Source of the DNA: a virus
Reading direction: 5' to 3' (one strand)
Virus genome (UHGV): UHGV-0204067
DNA length: 39,258 nt
The notes under the pieces were generated by a model. It was not told where the DNA came from and ran no database searches. It worked only from the letters and a program-made list of their open reading frames with translations. The position numbers and the translations under genes were made by a program. Positions 9,879 through 18,088 of the stretch are shown here, piece after piece; position 1 is the first letter of the stretch, and every line of letters starts with the position of its first letter.

Positions 9879-10377
9879 GACTGGCGCCGCCGGCGCAATC
9901 TGTTCTGTCGCGGTAATCATCGGCCTGGTGCTATCTAATGGCGAGGTAAAAACCAGCCGCGCCGGGCTGGAGCTGATCGGCAATGCCGAGGGCTGCCGCC
10001 GCGACCCGTACAAATGCCCGGCAGATGTGTGGACGGATGGCATCGGCAACACGCACGGCGTTAAACAAGGTGTGCGCAAGACAGATCAGCAGATCGCCGC
10101 CGACTGGCAAAATAACATCCTGGCGGCTGAGCGGTGCGTTACAAGCTATGCCGCCGGTGGCAAGCTGCAGCAGGGTGCCTTCGACGCGGCGGTGAGCATC
10201 ACGTTTAATGCCGGTTGCGCGACGATGCAGAAATCGACGATGTTCCGGCTGTTCCGCCAGGGTCACACTGAGGCCGCCTGCGATCAGTTCCCGCGTTGGG
10301 TCTATGCCGGCGGCGTAAAGCTCAACGGTCTGGTGATCCGCCGTGACAAGGAGCGCGCGCTATGCCTGGCAAAATAA
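9862..10377 (+). CDS. SAR endolysin (GH24 lysozyme, P1 Lyz type)
   Basis: N-terminal Gly/Ala-rich SAR segment; E43-X8-C52-X5-T58 catalytic triad; GL..RR..E C-terminal motif. Confidence 0.92.
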   Translation: MSKLNKTGAAGAICSVAVIIGLVLSNGEVKTSRAGLELIGNAEGCRRDPYKCPADVWTDGIGNTHGVKQGVRKTDQQIAADWQNNILAAERCVTSYAAGGKLQQGAFDAAVSITFNAGCATMQKSTMFRLFRQGHTEAACDQFPRWVYAGGVKLNGLVIRRDKERALCLAK

Positions 10378-10736
10378 CATCTGCGGTGGTGATCCTGCTG
10401 GCGCTGGCGGCCGTCATCGGCGCTGGTGCTTGGCTGGCAGGGCGACACTACCAACCGACGATTGACCGTCTCAACGAGGCGCTGACGCAGTGTAAGGATA
10501 CTGGCCGGCAACAGGCATCGGCGATCGCCAGCCAGAACGCTGGCATTGAGGCGCTGCAGCGCAAACAGCAAGAGCTGGAAGGCAAGGTAAAGGCAGAGCA
10601 GGAAAAAGCCCGTAGGGAAGCGCAGGGCGACTATGAGAGGGCAAGCGAGGTTATGGTAGAGCGCACCACAGGCGATGTGTGCGCGGCGGCTTCGACAGCA
10701 TTTGACGACGAGCTGCGCCGGGAGCGTGCTAAATGA
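10362..10736 (+). CDS. i-spanin (Rz-like)
   Basis: N-terminal TM followed by a coiled coil, immediately after the endolysin. Confidence 0.8.
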   Translation: MPGKITSAVVILLALAAVIGAGAWLAGRHYQPTIDRLNEALTQCKDTGRQQASAIASQNAGIEALQRKQQELEGKVKAEQEKARREAQGDYERASEVMVERTTGDVCAAASTAFDDELRRERAK

Positions 10737-10990
10737 AAAAGTTAATGCCAGCGATCTTATTGATGATAGGTGGGTGCTCGAGCGCGCCGCAGGCGCCGGC
10801 ATATGTTGAAGTGAAAGTCCCGATCTCGGTGCCGTGCAAAACGGCAGACGTTGCGCGCCCGGCGTTCGCAGTTGACCAGTTGCCTATCGGTGCTAGTATC
10901 GACGTCCAGATGCGAGCGCTGCGCGCGGAGCGTCACCAACGGATTGGATATGAGCGGGAACTACTGGCAGCAACCCAGTCCTGCCAGTAG
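10733..10990 (+). CDS. o-spanin (Rz1-like lipoprotein), separated architecture
   Basis: Signal peptide MKKLMPAILLMIGG-C lipobox, Pro-rich mature part, ATGA-coupled to the i-spanin. Confidence 0.8.
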   Translation: MKKLMPAILLMIGGCSSAPQAPAYVEVKVPISVPCKTADVARPAFAVDQLPIGASIDVQMRALRAERHQRIGYERELLAATQSCQ

Positions 10991-11003
10991 TGAAGTTTTA
11001 TGG

Positions 11004-12119
11004 TTATTTAACGAGATTATGAGCGTGGATCTCATCTCTTTTTAACCAAGAGGCTATGTTTGCTCCTAAGCGCATCATTGGTTTCTCTACGAGATAAAAG
11101 GTAATGAAACCGACGATGATTACGCAAAAGAACGATGCTACATATCCTAAACCTATTGGCATGCCCACTTTCTTTACGATAAATGTGACTGGAATGGCTA
11201 CAATTGGGTGCATTAAGTAAATTGAATATGATATCTCTCCTAACTTACCTAATGCGTTAGTTAGCATGTTGTCATAGTTTGGATTCAATTTATACAATGT
11301 GAAAACAAAAACTAAGCATAACGATGAAATTAACACCCTATTGTATCCGGACACAAGATTTATCTTATCTCCATGTACTGGATAAAATATGAAAGCTAAG
11401 ATTGACAGTAAGCCAGTAACAATCAGTAGTGTTTTATTTATTTTTATTGCTGGTGCGTATTTCCCAACAGCCGCACCACACATAAAAAGAAATAGCTGAT
11501 TGAATGGGTTTATGTAATTTGCCCACTGATCTGATAGAGGCAACGAAGGGTCAAGAGTATCGAAAGAAAAGTATACTCCCACTGCGATACTGAATAGCAC
11601 AGCTGCAGGGAATATATACCTATATGACGAAGATACTAGATAAGTTAAGCACAGAATTGAATAGAAAACTAACTCATTGCCAATAGACCATGCGCCGGTT
11701 GATAGGTATGCTGTTGGCTCTATAAAACCAAACAATAGAGTGTAATTCAAAAACGCTTTGTAATACGGGAAGTCAAAATCTTGGCCGTTAACTGTTGCCA
11801 ATAGCCAGCTAAATAATATCATCCCAGTCACGGCAATCCAAAACAATGGGAATATCCTAAATACACGCTTAACTGCAAATGCTGCTACGTGGCGAGTTGA
11901 AGTTATCCTCCCATCATAGATATATGCCAAACTTATCCCGCTAAGGATGTAAAAAACAGAAACAGCATATATTCCTAACTTACCTAAAAGGAATTCACTG
12001 CCAATAACATCAACTGATGATCCAGTAGACATAGACCACGATGTATAATGATAAATCACAACTGACAGCGCCATCAAACCACGAAGGTAATCTAATGATT
12101 CAACACGGTTATTTTTCAT
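11004..12119 (-). CDS. Acyltransferase family 3 (OafA/Oac-like polysaccharide O-acyltransferase)
   Basis: RVESLDYLRG, YAVSVFYILSG, KRVFRIFP, WSIGNE.VFY, GEISYSIYLMH and LVEKP motifs; multi-TM; AT-rich. Likely start is the ATG at 12119 (MKNNRVE). Confidence 0.9.
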   Translation of the reverse strand: MKNNRVESLDYLRGLMALSVVIYHYTSWSMSTGSSVDVIGSEFLLGKLGIYAVSVFYILSGISLAYIYDGRITSTRHVAAFAVKRVFRIFPLFWIAVTGMILFSWLLATVNGQDFDFPYYKAFLNYTLLFGFIEPTAYLSTGAWSIGNELVFYSILCLTYLVSSSYRYIFPAAVLFSIAVGVYFSFDTLDPSLPLSDQWANYINPFNQLFLFMCGAAVGKYAPAIKINKTLLIVTGLLSILAFIFYPVHGDKINLVSGYNRVLISSLCLVFVFTLYKLNPNYDNMLTNALGKLGEISYSIYLMHPIVAIPVTFIVKKVGMPIGLGYVASFFCVIIVGFITFYLVEKPMMRLGANIASWLKRDEIHAHNLVK

Positions 12120-12252
12120 TTTATCGCTCTTTAAGTGTACGCAATTCAGAACAACCAATTAGAAGTGTGAGGATTCTATAACCAAAAGTAATTATATACC
12201 ACAAAATGTTTTGTCTATTAAACAAATTTGGCCGGCATGACCGGCCGGCAAG

Positions 12253-13077
12253 CTACAAGCCATCTTCAAAACTTATGGTTTTCACCCCTTTTTTATGAAG
12301 TTCATTTGATAGATTTTCAGATAAAACGTATTCGCTCCCGCCAGATTGTTCTATCTGCCTGCGCATGTTTGTGCGTGCAAAGTCATATGTGAATATATTG
12401 GGCGCCCCAAATGTAAAAAAGAAACTACGCTTTGGTTTTCCTGCTTTAAATCTGCAATAAATATCACGAACCTTTCTACCTATTAGTGACTTACCAGTTG
12501 TATCACCAAGTATACGACCCAACTTCAGCAAGCCACGCTCAAATATGTCATATTCTTTACCGGCGTGAGTAATTCTTACGTCAAAAATCACAACATCCCC
12601 AGGCTTTGTAGCCAGCGATACCGCTTCACCATCAGTCAGGTTATCCTTCAGATGAGACCCTACACGCACAGACATTCCATTACCATCAGTAGAGTGATCA
12701 TTCATGTAGATTCCCATCTTGTAGACGCGGCAATCTGGAATAAAGTAAGGCTCTGAAAAGTAGGCGCCCTTAGCGTCATCTTTATGCCAACCAAACCCCA
12801 TGTTGTGATGGATATCCGCATGTGAAGTAAAGACAAAATCATCTTGGCCGAAAACAGAGCGGTAGGCTTCTATAACCTTTGGATGACTGATGACCCATGA
12901 AAACTCTGGCTCTTCAACCGCTATGTTTGGCTGTGTTAGCCCATACCGGTAAGTCACCCCTTTTCTTTGAAAGAATTTATGGATAGAAGAATCCATTCTG
13001 GACATTTCTTCTGGAGTAAAGACATTGCGGAAAACTACAAATCCTTCACGCTCAATCAATTCCTTAGCTGTGCTCAT
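12253..13077 (-). CDS. PhyH (phytanoyl-CoA dioxygenase)-family Fe(II)/2-oxoglutarate oxygenase
   Basis: EREGFVVFRNVF start, WHKD (HxD), V.GSH, PGDVVIFD.RITHAG (distal His) and a distal Arg in KRSFFF. Confidence 0.85.
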   Translation of the reverse strand: MSTAKELIEREGFVVFRNVFTPEEMSRMDSSIHKFFQRKGVTYRYGLTQPNIAVEEPEFSWVISHPKVIEAYRSVFGQDDFVFTSHADIHHNMGFGWHKDDAKGAYFSEPYFIPDCRVYKMGIYMNDHSTDGNGMSVRVGSHLKDNLTDGEAVSLATKPGDVVIFDVRITHAGKEYDIFERGLLKLGRILGDTTGKSLIGRKVRDIYCRFKAGKPKRSFFFTFGAPNIFTYDFARTNMRRQIEQSGGSEYVLSENLSNELHKKGVKTISFEDGL

Positions 13078-13281
13078 AATTGCATTCCAAAGTGTTTTAC
13101 AAGTGCAGGTTTTTTGTGATTAGATTTTTACACAAATACACCATTTGTAAAGGGTGCATAGCCAGTCGCGATCTGTATGAATTTTGAGCCAATCATTCTG
13201 GTGACGGTACGAATGACGGTATGGAGATAAAACTATTGAATAATCTTGTTAGTAATCAGTTGTCTATTGTTCATATTCATA

Positions 13282-13296
13282 ATTGAGTGGGAATGA
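13282..13296 (+). other. attP core matching the 3' end of guaA
   Basis: ATT GAG TGG GAA TGA encodes I-E-W-E-stop, the conserved GuaA C-terminus; epsilon15 is known to integrate at guaA. Confidence 0.85.
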
Positions 13297-13331
13297 TGAA
13301 CAACTAATTACTGACTATCAGTGATTATTTA

Positions 13332-13367
13332 AAAACCCCCGTTGCGGCATTGCTGTTCGGGGGTTTT
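13332..13367 (+). terminator. Intrinsic terminator next to att core
   Basis: AAAACCCCCG...CGGGGGTTTT. Confidence 0.7.
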
Positions 13368-13520
13368 CTATTTCTGACTATCAATTACTATTCGTGAAAG
13401 CATTCAATTTTTGACGGTACCTTTGACGGTATGTCCATTTTCGCTGTACTCTCGGCCTAATCCGTTCACCACCTTTTTGGTCATTTTTGACGGTATCAAG
13501 CACAGCAGAGAGAAGCGGTC

Positions 13521-14723
13521 ATGCTCACAGATACGAAACTGAAAAACCTGAAGCCAAGAGAGAAGCTCTATAAAGTCACCGATCGTGATGGCCTCTACGT
13601 TGCCGTGCAACCAAGCGGCTCCGTCTCCTTCCGATATGACTATCGAATTAATGGCCGGCGCGAGACGCTGACGATCGGCCGATATGGTGCTGACGGTATC
13701 ACATTGGCTGAAGCGCGCGACGAACTCAATACCGCCAAAAAGATGGTGGATGCAGGCCAGTCGCCGGCTGCAGCAAAGCGCGACGGTATCATGCAAATTA
13801 AGGGGGCGGAAAATTTCTCCGACTATACCGTCGCCTATATGAAACACGTCCGCCTTGCAGATAGCACTCGGGCGATGAAGCAGGCAGTGATCGACAGAGA
13901 CATCCTGCCAACGCTGGGGAAAAAACTTCTGCATGAAATCACTACGCCAATGCTCCGCACACTGTGCGACAAGATAGTCGACCGCGGCGCCAGGGCGACG
14001 GCGATCCAGGTACGGGAAATTGTCAGTGCCGTTTTCACCCATGCTATTGACCGCGGCCACGCAGTTCCAAACCCGGCGGCAAATATCAAAGCTTCCAGCA
14101 TTGCCACATTTGAAGAACGCGATCGCGCGCTGGAGCCTTATGAGATCGGGTTGTTCTTCAATGCCCTAAACTCTACCGGCGCCGCATCTTCACTAAAGCT
14201 GGCTTTGAAGCTGATACTGATCACGATGGTGCGCAAGGGGGAGCTGACTGACGCCACCTGGAAGGAGGTAGATTTTTCTTCAGCGCGCTGGACGATACCA
14301 GCTGAGCGGATGAAGGCGGGTCGGCCGCATGTTGTTTATCTGTCTCAGCAGGCGATCGACATCATGGTTGCACTCCAAGTAGCAGCTTGTGGTTCCGATT
14401 ACATCCTGCCGGCCAGATATAACCCAAGAAAATCTATGTCCAACTCAGCGCTTAACCGGGTGATCAATACGACAAACGAAAAAATCAGGGAATCAGGAAA
14501 AGAAATAGCGCACTTCACAGTTCACGATCTGCGTAGAACTGCAAGCACGCTGTTGCATGAAGAGGGGTTTAATACGGATTGGATTGAGAAGTGTTTGGCC
14601 CATGAGCAGCGCGGCGTGCGCGCGGTATACAACAAAGCAGAGTATGCCGAACAGCGCCGGGATATGCTGCAGCAGTGGGCCAATATGGTGGATGGGTGGA
14701 TCGAAGCGGAGCGGGTAAAGTAG
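13521..14723 (+). CDS. int: Tyrosine integrase (P4-like, N-terminal arm-binding domain)
   Basis: MLTDTKLKNLKP..K.YK..D..GL arm domain; R (VRKGE), MK, HDLRR, LAH and YN catalytic residues. Confidence 0.96.
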   Translation: MLTDTKLKNLKPREKLYKVTDRDGLYVAVQPSGSVSFRYDYRINGRRETLTIGRYGADGITLAEARDELNTAKKMVDAGQSPAAAKRDGIMQIKGAENFSDYTVAYMKHVRLADSTRAMKQAVIDRDILPTLGKKLLHEITTPMLRTLCDKIVDRGARATAIQVREIVSAVFTHAIDRGHAVPNPAANIKASSIATFEERDRALEPYEIGLFFNALNSTGAASSLKLALKLILITMVRKGELTDATWKEVDFSSARWTIPAERMKAGRPHVVYLSQQAIDIMVALQVAACGSDYILPARYNPRKSMSNSALNRVINTTNEKIRESGKEIAHFTVHDLRRTASTLLHEEGFNTDWIEKCLAHEQRGVRAVYNKAEYAEQRRDMLQQWANMVDGWIEAERVK

Positions 14724-14726
14724 AAA

Positions 14727-15011
14727 TCAATTTTGTCGTGCGCTGACTGATGCCAGGCACTGATCGAACATGGCTATTTTGGGGCTTTGCGCGAACCGGC
14801 GTTTTCCGCCGGAATACGCATAAGTGCATGGTTGATTACCGTGTAGCTTTCGCTCGATTAGCTGGTAGTCAACTAACGTCGCCAGCGCGCGGCTAAGGGC
14901 ATGTGACGAGATGGGCTTATGTTCCATTTCGTACAGTTCCTTTATCTTTGCATAGCCGATGTTCTCATTGTCTTTCACGATCTGCATAACATCATCACGG
15001 TTGTGTTTCAT
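14727..15011 (-). CDS. Hypothetical, probable winged-helix DNA-binding protein
   Basis: 94 aa, ISSHALSRALATLVDYQLIER wHTH-like; coupled to the methyltransferase gene. Confidence 0.6.
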   Translation of the reverse strand: MKHNRDDVMQIVKDNENIGYAKIKELYEMEHKPISSHALSRALATLVDYQLIERKLHGNQPCTYAYSGGKRRFAQSPKIAMFDQCLASVSARQN

Positions 15012-15670
15012 GATGCGATCCTCACTGCTGCTGGTATGGTGAATCCGCCTGGGAGCAGTTCGACGTCATTCCGTGGGCATTCGTTACCCCAGTGGTGCCA
15101 GCCTGGCGCGTCACCTCTGCTGAAAAGTTCAATTCGTGACACGTCACCATATAACCGCTCAAGACGATTCCGCGCCTCCCATGGCTTCGCGCTGTGCTGC
15201 GTGATTGGCGCATAGATCACCTGCTTCACAGATGCATCCTGTCTTTCAAGGCCAGCTCCGCGAACAGCAACGAGCATTGATTCTTGGTTGCCGCGGCTGT
15301 AATTTCCAGGGTTCATCCTTGTCACGCCGTTTAGCAGATCGAGAAAGTCGTAAAAGTCGACCAAACCATCTTCGATAGCGGCGTTGATGGTACGCTCTGC
15401 AAGTTCGTTGAACTTCACCCAGGTAAACAGGAACATCTGCCGCACGTCGAATCCCCATGCCGCAGCCAGATCCTTCGCCTGATCTGCATGCGTGCCGGTG
15501 TACCACAGGGCGAGAACGCTATTTTCAGCCGCGATTGACCACACAGGAAGCCGCTTCAAGTCCTGCAGCGTCATCGTGCTGTAGTGGTTGCCGGCGGCGC
15601 CGTTGCTGATCTTGTTACCGTACTGCCATGGCGGATCTGCCATTATGAGGTCGTACTGTCGCTCAGCCAT
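15008..15670 (-). CDS. MT-A70 family adenine methyltransferase
   Basis: YDLIMADPPW, Y.TM...L..LPV, WGF, FTWVK, HSAKP, RIELFSR and WGNE motifs. Confidence 0.9.
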   Translation of the reverse strand: MAERQYDLIMADPPWQYGNKISNGAAGNHYSTMTLQDLKRLPVWSIAAENSVLALWYTGTHADQAKDLAAAWGFDVRQMFLFTWVKFNELAERTINAAIEDGLVDFYDFLDLLNGVTRMNPGNYSRGNQESMLVAVRGAGLERQDASVKQVIYAPITQHSAKPWEARNRLERLYGDVSRIELFSRGDAPGWHHWGNECPRNDVELLPGGFTIPAAVRIAS

Positions 15671-15791
15671 TGATCGCCTCCGCCATCTTAACGACCAGCA
15701 CAGTCAGGCCGATCGACAGAAACCAAAATACGAACAGGCCATCAAGCATATAGGCCCACACATTACGCATCATGTGACGTTTGATATTCAT
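15663..15791 (-). CDS. Small single-TM protein (42 aa; not in ORF track)
   Basis: MNIKRHMMRNVWAYMLDGLFVFWFLSIGLTVLVVKMAEAING; ATGA overlap with the AlpA gene and overlaps the MT-A70 start. Confidence 0.65.
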   Translation of the reverse strand: MNIKRHMMRNVWAYMLDGLFVFWFLSIGLTVLVVKMAEAING

Positions 15792-16039
15792 GCTGCGCGC
15801 TCCTGTACTGGCCGTTGTTTGCGCTGGCGGACATCGGGGGAATAATCCGGCGTGCGGCCGGTGTTCTCGGCCTGTTGCTTATCGAGCCACGCTTCTACTT
15901 CGTCCTTGTTCCAGGCCACCGTGCGGTTGGTCAGTGCAAAGCGCTGCGGGAACTCGCCTGCCTTTTCCAGTTTGGTGATCTGCGACTCCGACATGGGAAC
16001 CATCGCCAGGAGTTGGGGTTTTCGAATTGCTGCTTTCAT
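15788..16039 (-). CDS. AlpA-family regulator / excisionase (RDF)
   Basis: IRKPQLL...MSES.I..LEKAGEFP.RF.L..R.VAW...EV.AWL. Confidence 0.85.
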   Translation of the reverse strand: MKAAIRKPQLLAMVPMSESQITKLEKAGEFPQRFALTNRTVAWNKDEVEAWLDKQQAENTGRTPDYSPDVRQRKQRPVQERAA

Positions 16040-16079
16040 TGCTTCTCCTTTGGCGGAGCCGTAGCCCCGCGGCGGTTGG

Positions 16080-16958
16080 TTACATTGGTACTTCGTTCAA
16101 CTCATCGCGACGGATGTTGTAAACGTCGGTGGCTGCCTGCAACTGTTCTTCATGTGGCGCCAGAACGTGGGCGCCGTATTTATAGGCTTTGTCCAGTTCT
16201 TCCACGCTTGCGGCTTTGTTTGCCGCTTCGGTAAATGCAGCCAGCAGATCGTCAGGCGACCGCTCATCTTGGTTCACCGTCTTGATCTCTTTTTCCGGCT
16301 TCTTGCCGTTGATAAGGCTATTTACACCGGCGGCGCTGGTTGCGGGTGGGGTGACGTCGCGTTCAACGCGAGGCTTGGTTTCCTCAAGCTCATCCGGGGT
16401 ATAGACACCCAGCAGAACATCAGGTGCATGTAGACGTGACCAGCGCTTAGTGCAGAGGTATGCCAGCTGTTGCTTCGGATCGTGTTCCCAAAGCGGTGAG
16501 TTGCGCACGCCGGCATCTTTCATGCTGATAGTGAGGTAGCGAGGTTCGGTTTCTCCGCGTAGCGTTGCCCATACCGTTACCGTCAGATCAGCAGACTTAT
16601 CGTTTTTGCCGTTTACCTTCGACCAGTCGCCATCCCATTTGTAATTAAGGCGAGTGGCCAAAAGGTTGGATGATGAGACTACTGCGTTAACAAGCTGCGC
16701 CTCATAGCCAAGCGAACCGTTAACAACGTGGGTTTTCTGCGCTACAGCAAATGGGTTCATGCCCCACTGCGCCGCTTGCATAGTTACTGCCAGGCAGTCC
16801 GCTGGCTTTCCTGCAAGGTGCTGAGGAACAGTGGCTTTGCTTTGTGCCATCAGTTCGGCGAAGCGAACAAGCCGATCCATCCCCTCCGGGCTGAAAATTG
16901 CCGCTGCAGTTCCTACTGTGGCGCTGTGTTGAGATGTCAAAGTGAGTTCGTTGCTCAT
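16080..16958 (-). CDS. recT: RecT-like ssDNA annealing recombinase
   Basis: VP.HLAGKPADCLAV.MQA.QWGMNPF.VAQKT and PDVLLGVYTPDE motifs. Start at 16958 (MSNEL) overlaps the recE stop. Confidence 0.85.
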   Translation of the reverse strand: MSNELTLTSQHSATVGTAAAIFSPEGMDRLVRFAELMAQSKATVPQHLAGKPADCLAVTMQAAQWGMNPFAVAQKTHVVNGSLGYEAQLVNAVVSSSNLLATRLNYKWDGDWSKVNGKNDKSADLTVTVWATLRGETEPRYLTISMKDAGVRNSPLWEHDPKQQLAYLCTKRWSRLHAPDVLLGVYTPDELEETKPRVERDVTPPATSAAGVNSLINGKKPEKEIKTVNQDERSPDDLLAAFTEAANKAASVEELDKAYKYGAHVLAPHEEQLQAATDVYNIRRDELNEVPM

Positions 16959-17779
16959 GCGTATTGATCCTGTTTGCGCGCCCATGCTGGGCGTTGAATT
17001 TTTTCGACGCCGCCCCATTCATCGGTGATGCGGCACTGGTGATAGGTATTCAGATCCCGGCGGTAGAGTCGGTGACCCTCGTCTACGTCTGCTGCGTCGA
17101 GTTCATAAACGCGTACCGGGTAGCGGCCGCAGTCGATCGTCTCGCTGACAGCCAGGAAGAAAAATCCAGGAGTTTCGCCGGTTACCTGCTGGAATCCATC
17201 GCGGTACATGGCATCCTGGACGTGATAGCGGAATTCATCGATATGGCGAGGGAAGCGATCCATATCTGCCACCTTTTTCACATCGATGATGTAAGGGTGA
17301 TCGCTTAGGTACCGGTCTGGCCGGCACCGGCACAACTCACCGTTTTCAGGATCAGTCCAGTAGAACGATGATTCACAGTGACCGTCAGCTTCGAGCATCC
17401 AGCGCGCCGCGGGGTGAGCCATAACGCTGTCGCGCATTAACTGAAGTTTCCGGCCTTGCTCTGCGTCCATGACGGTTTTACCGGTATGCTCGCAGTCTTT
17501 CAGGAACGTAGCCTCGGCTTCCTTGCCGGCGGTGGTGCGCCGGTTAAATTCCGGCGCGATGATGAACCGCTTGCTGAATTCGTCCGGCTCAAGCAGCTTG
17601 CAGTGCAGAGCCGTTCCCATGTCCAGCGCCTTTAGCTTTTCAGTGTCGACCGGTGCCGACTTGATCCACTGAAGCAGGGCCGGGTTCTTGGCGACCATAT
17701 CCAACTGAGACTTACTCACGCCGTCGCCGGCGTGGTAATCCTCGTTTGAAATGTCGTGATAGATACCTTGTTTCATCAC
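16955..17779 (-). CDS. recE: Exodeoxyribonuclease VIII (RecE C-terminal, PD-(D/E)xK)
   Basis: GIY.DISNEDYH..GVSKSQL, GTALH..LLEP, CRCRPD, IIDVK and YHVQDAMY motifs. Confidence 0.9.
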   Translation of the reverse strand: MMKQGIYHDISNEDYHAGDGVSKSQLDMVAKNPALLQWIKSAPVDTEKLKALDMGTALHCKLLEPDEFSKRFIIAPEFNRRTTAGKEAEATFLKDCEHTGKTVMDAEQGRKLQLMRDSVMAHPAARWMLEADGHCESSFYWTDPENGELCRCRPDRYLSDHPYIIDVKKVADMDRFPRHIDEFRYHVQDAMYRDGFQQVTGETPGFFFLAVSETIDCGRYPVRVYELDAADVDEGHRLYRRDLNTYHQCRITDEWGGVEKIQRPAWARKQDQYA

Positions 17780-18081
17780 GCCACCTCATCGAACTGGTGG
17801 CGCCGGCGGTAGATCTCCATTGCTCGCTGTCGCTTTACCAGCTCCGTTATGCAATCCCAAATTGCCGCGCCTGCCAGTTCCTGGTATTCGGTTGAGCCTG
17901 CGCCCATGGCTAAAACCTCCGGGTCAAAGTCCGGCGGAAGGTACTTGCTGATGAAAGCGGTGAAGCCGTGGATCGGCACCTTCTTATCCAGCGCCTCAAC
18001 CTCTGCATAAACTGCCTCGTTATCCTGCTCTGTGAAGCTGGCAACGATTTTTTCAATATCGATAGCCTGTTGTGCGTTCAT
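17776..18081 (-). CDS. Hypothetical protein
   Basis: 101 aa with a GAGG SD, overlaps the recE start. Confidence 0.75.
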   Translation of the reverse strand: MNAQQAIDIEKIVASFTEQDNEAVYAEVEALDKKVPIHGFTAFISKYLPPDFDPEVLAMGAGSTEYQELAGAAIWDCITELVKRQRAMEIYRRRHQFDEVA

Positions 18082-18088
18082 AATGGCC

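Larger units (their letters stand above)
13202..13495 (+). repeat. Integrase arm-type sites (TGACGGTA x5) of attP
   Basis: Direct repeats at 13202, 13214, 13412, 13424 and 13488 flank the core, with 12-bp spacing in the pairs. Confidence 0.8.

Noticed and set aside
12125..12134. boxA-like CGCTCTTTAA
   Set aside because: Wrong strand for the local genes; it is the complement of the acyltransferase SD region.
12253..13077. Dioxygenase as a DNA-base hypermodification enzyme (TET/JBP or AlkB-like) working with MT-A70
   Set aside because: Motifs are PhyH-type, and the gene lies in the AT-rich conversion slot separated from the methylase by attP/int, so they would be at opposite prophage ends. 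Not excluded, but less supported.
13202..13495. CRISPR-like or iteron array from TGACGGTA repeats
   Set aside because: The repeats are 8 bp, irregularly spaced and flank an att core next to an integrase, so they are arm-type sites.
13404..14060. 218-aa ORF antisense to integrase (and similar antisense ORFs at 5325, 7376, 25964, 30835, 32219)
   Set aside because: Fully overlap well-supported genes on the opposite strand and show no recognisable motifs.
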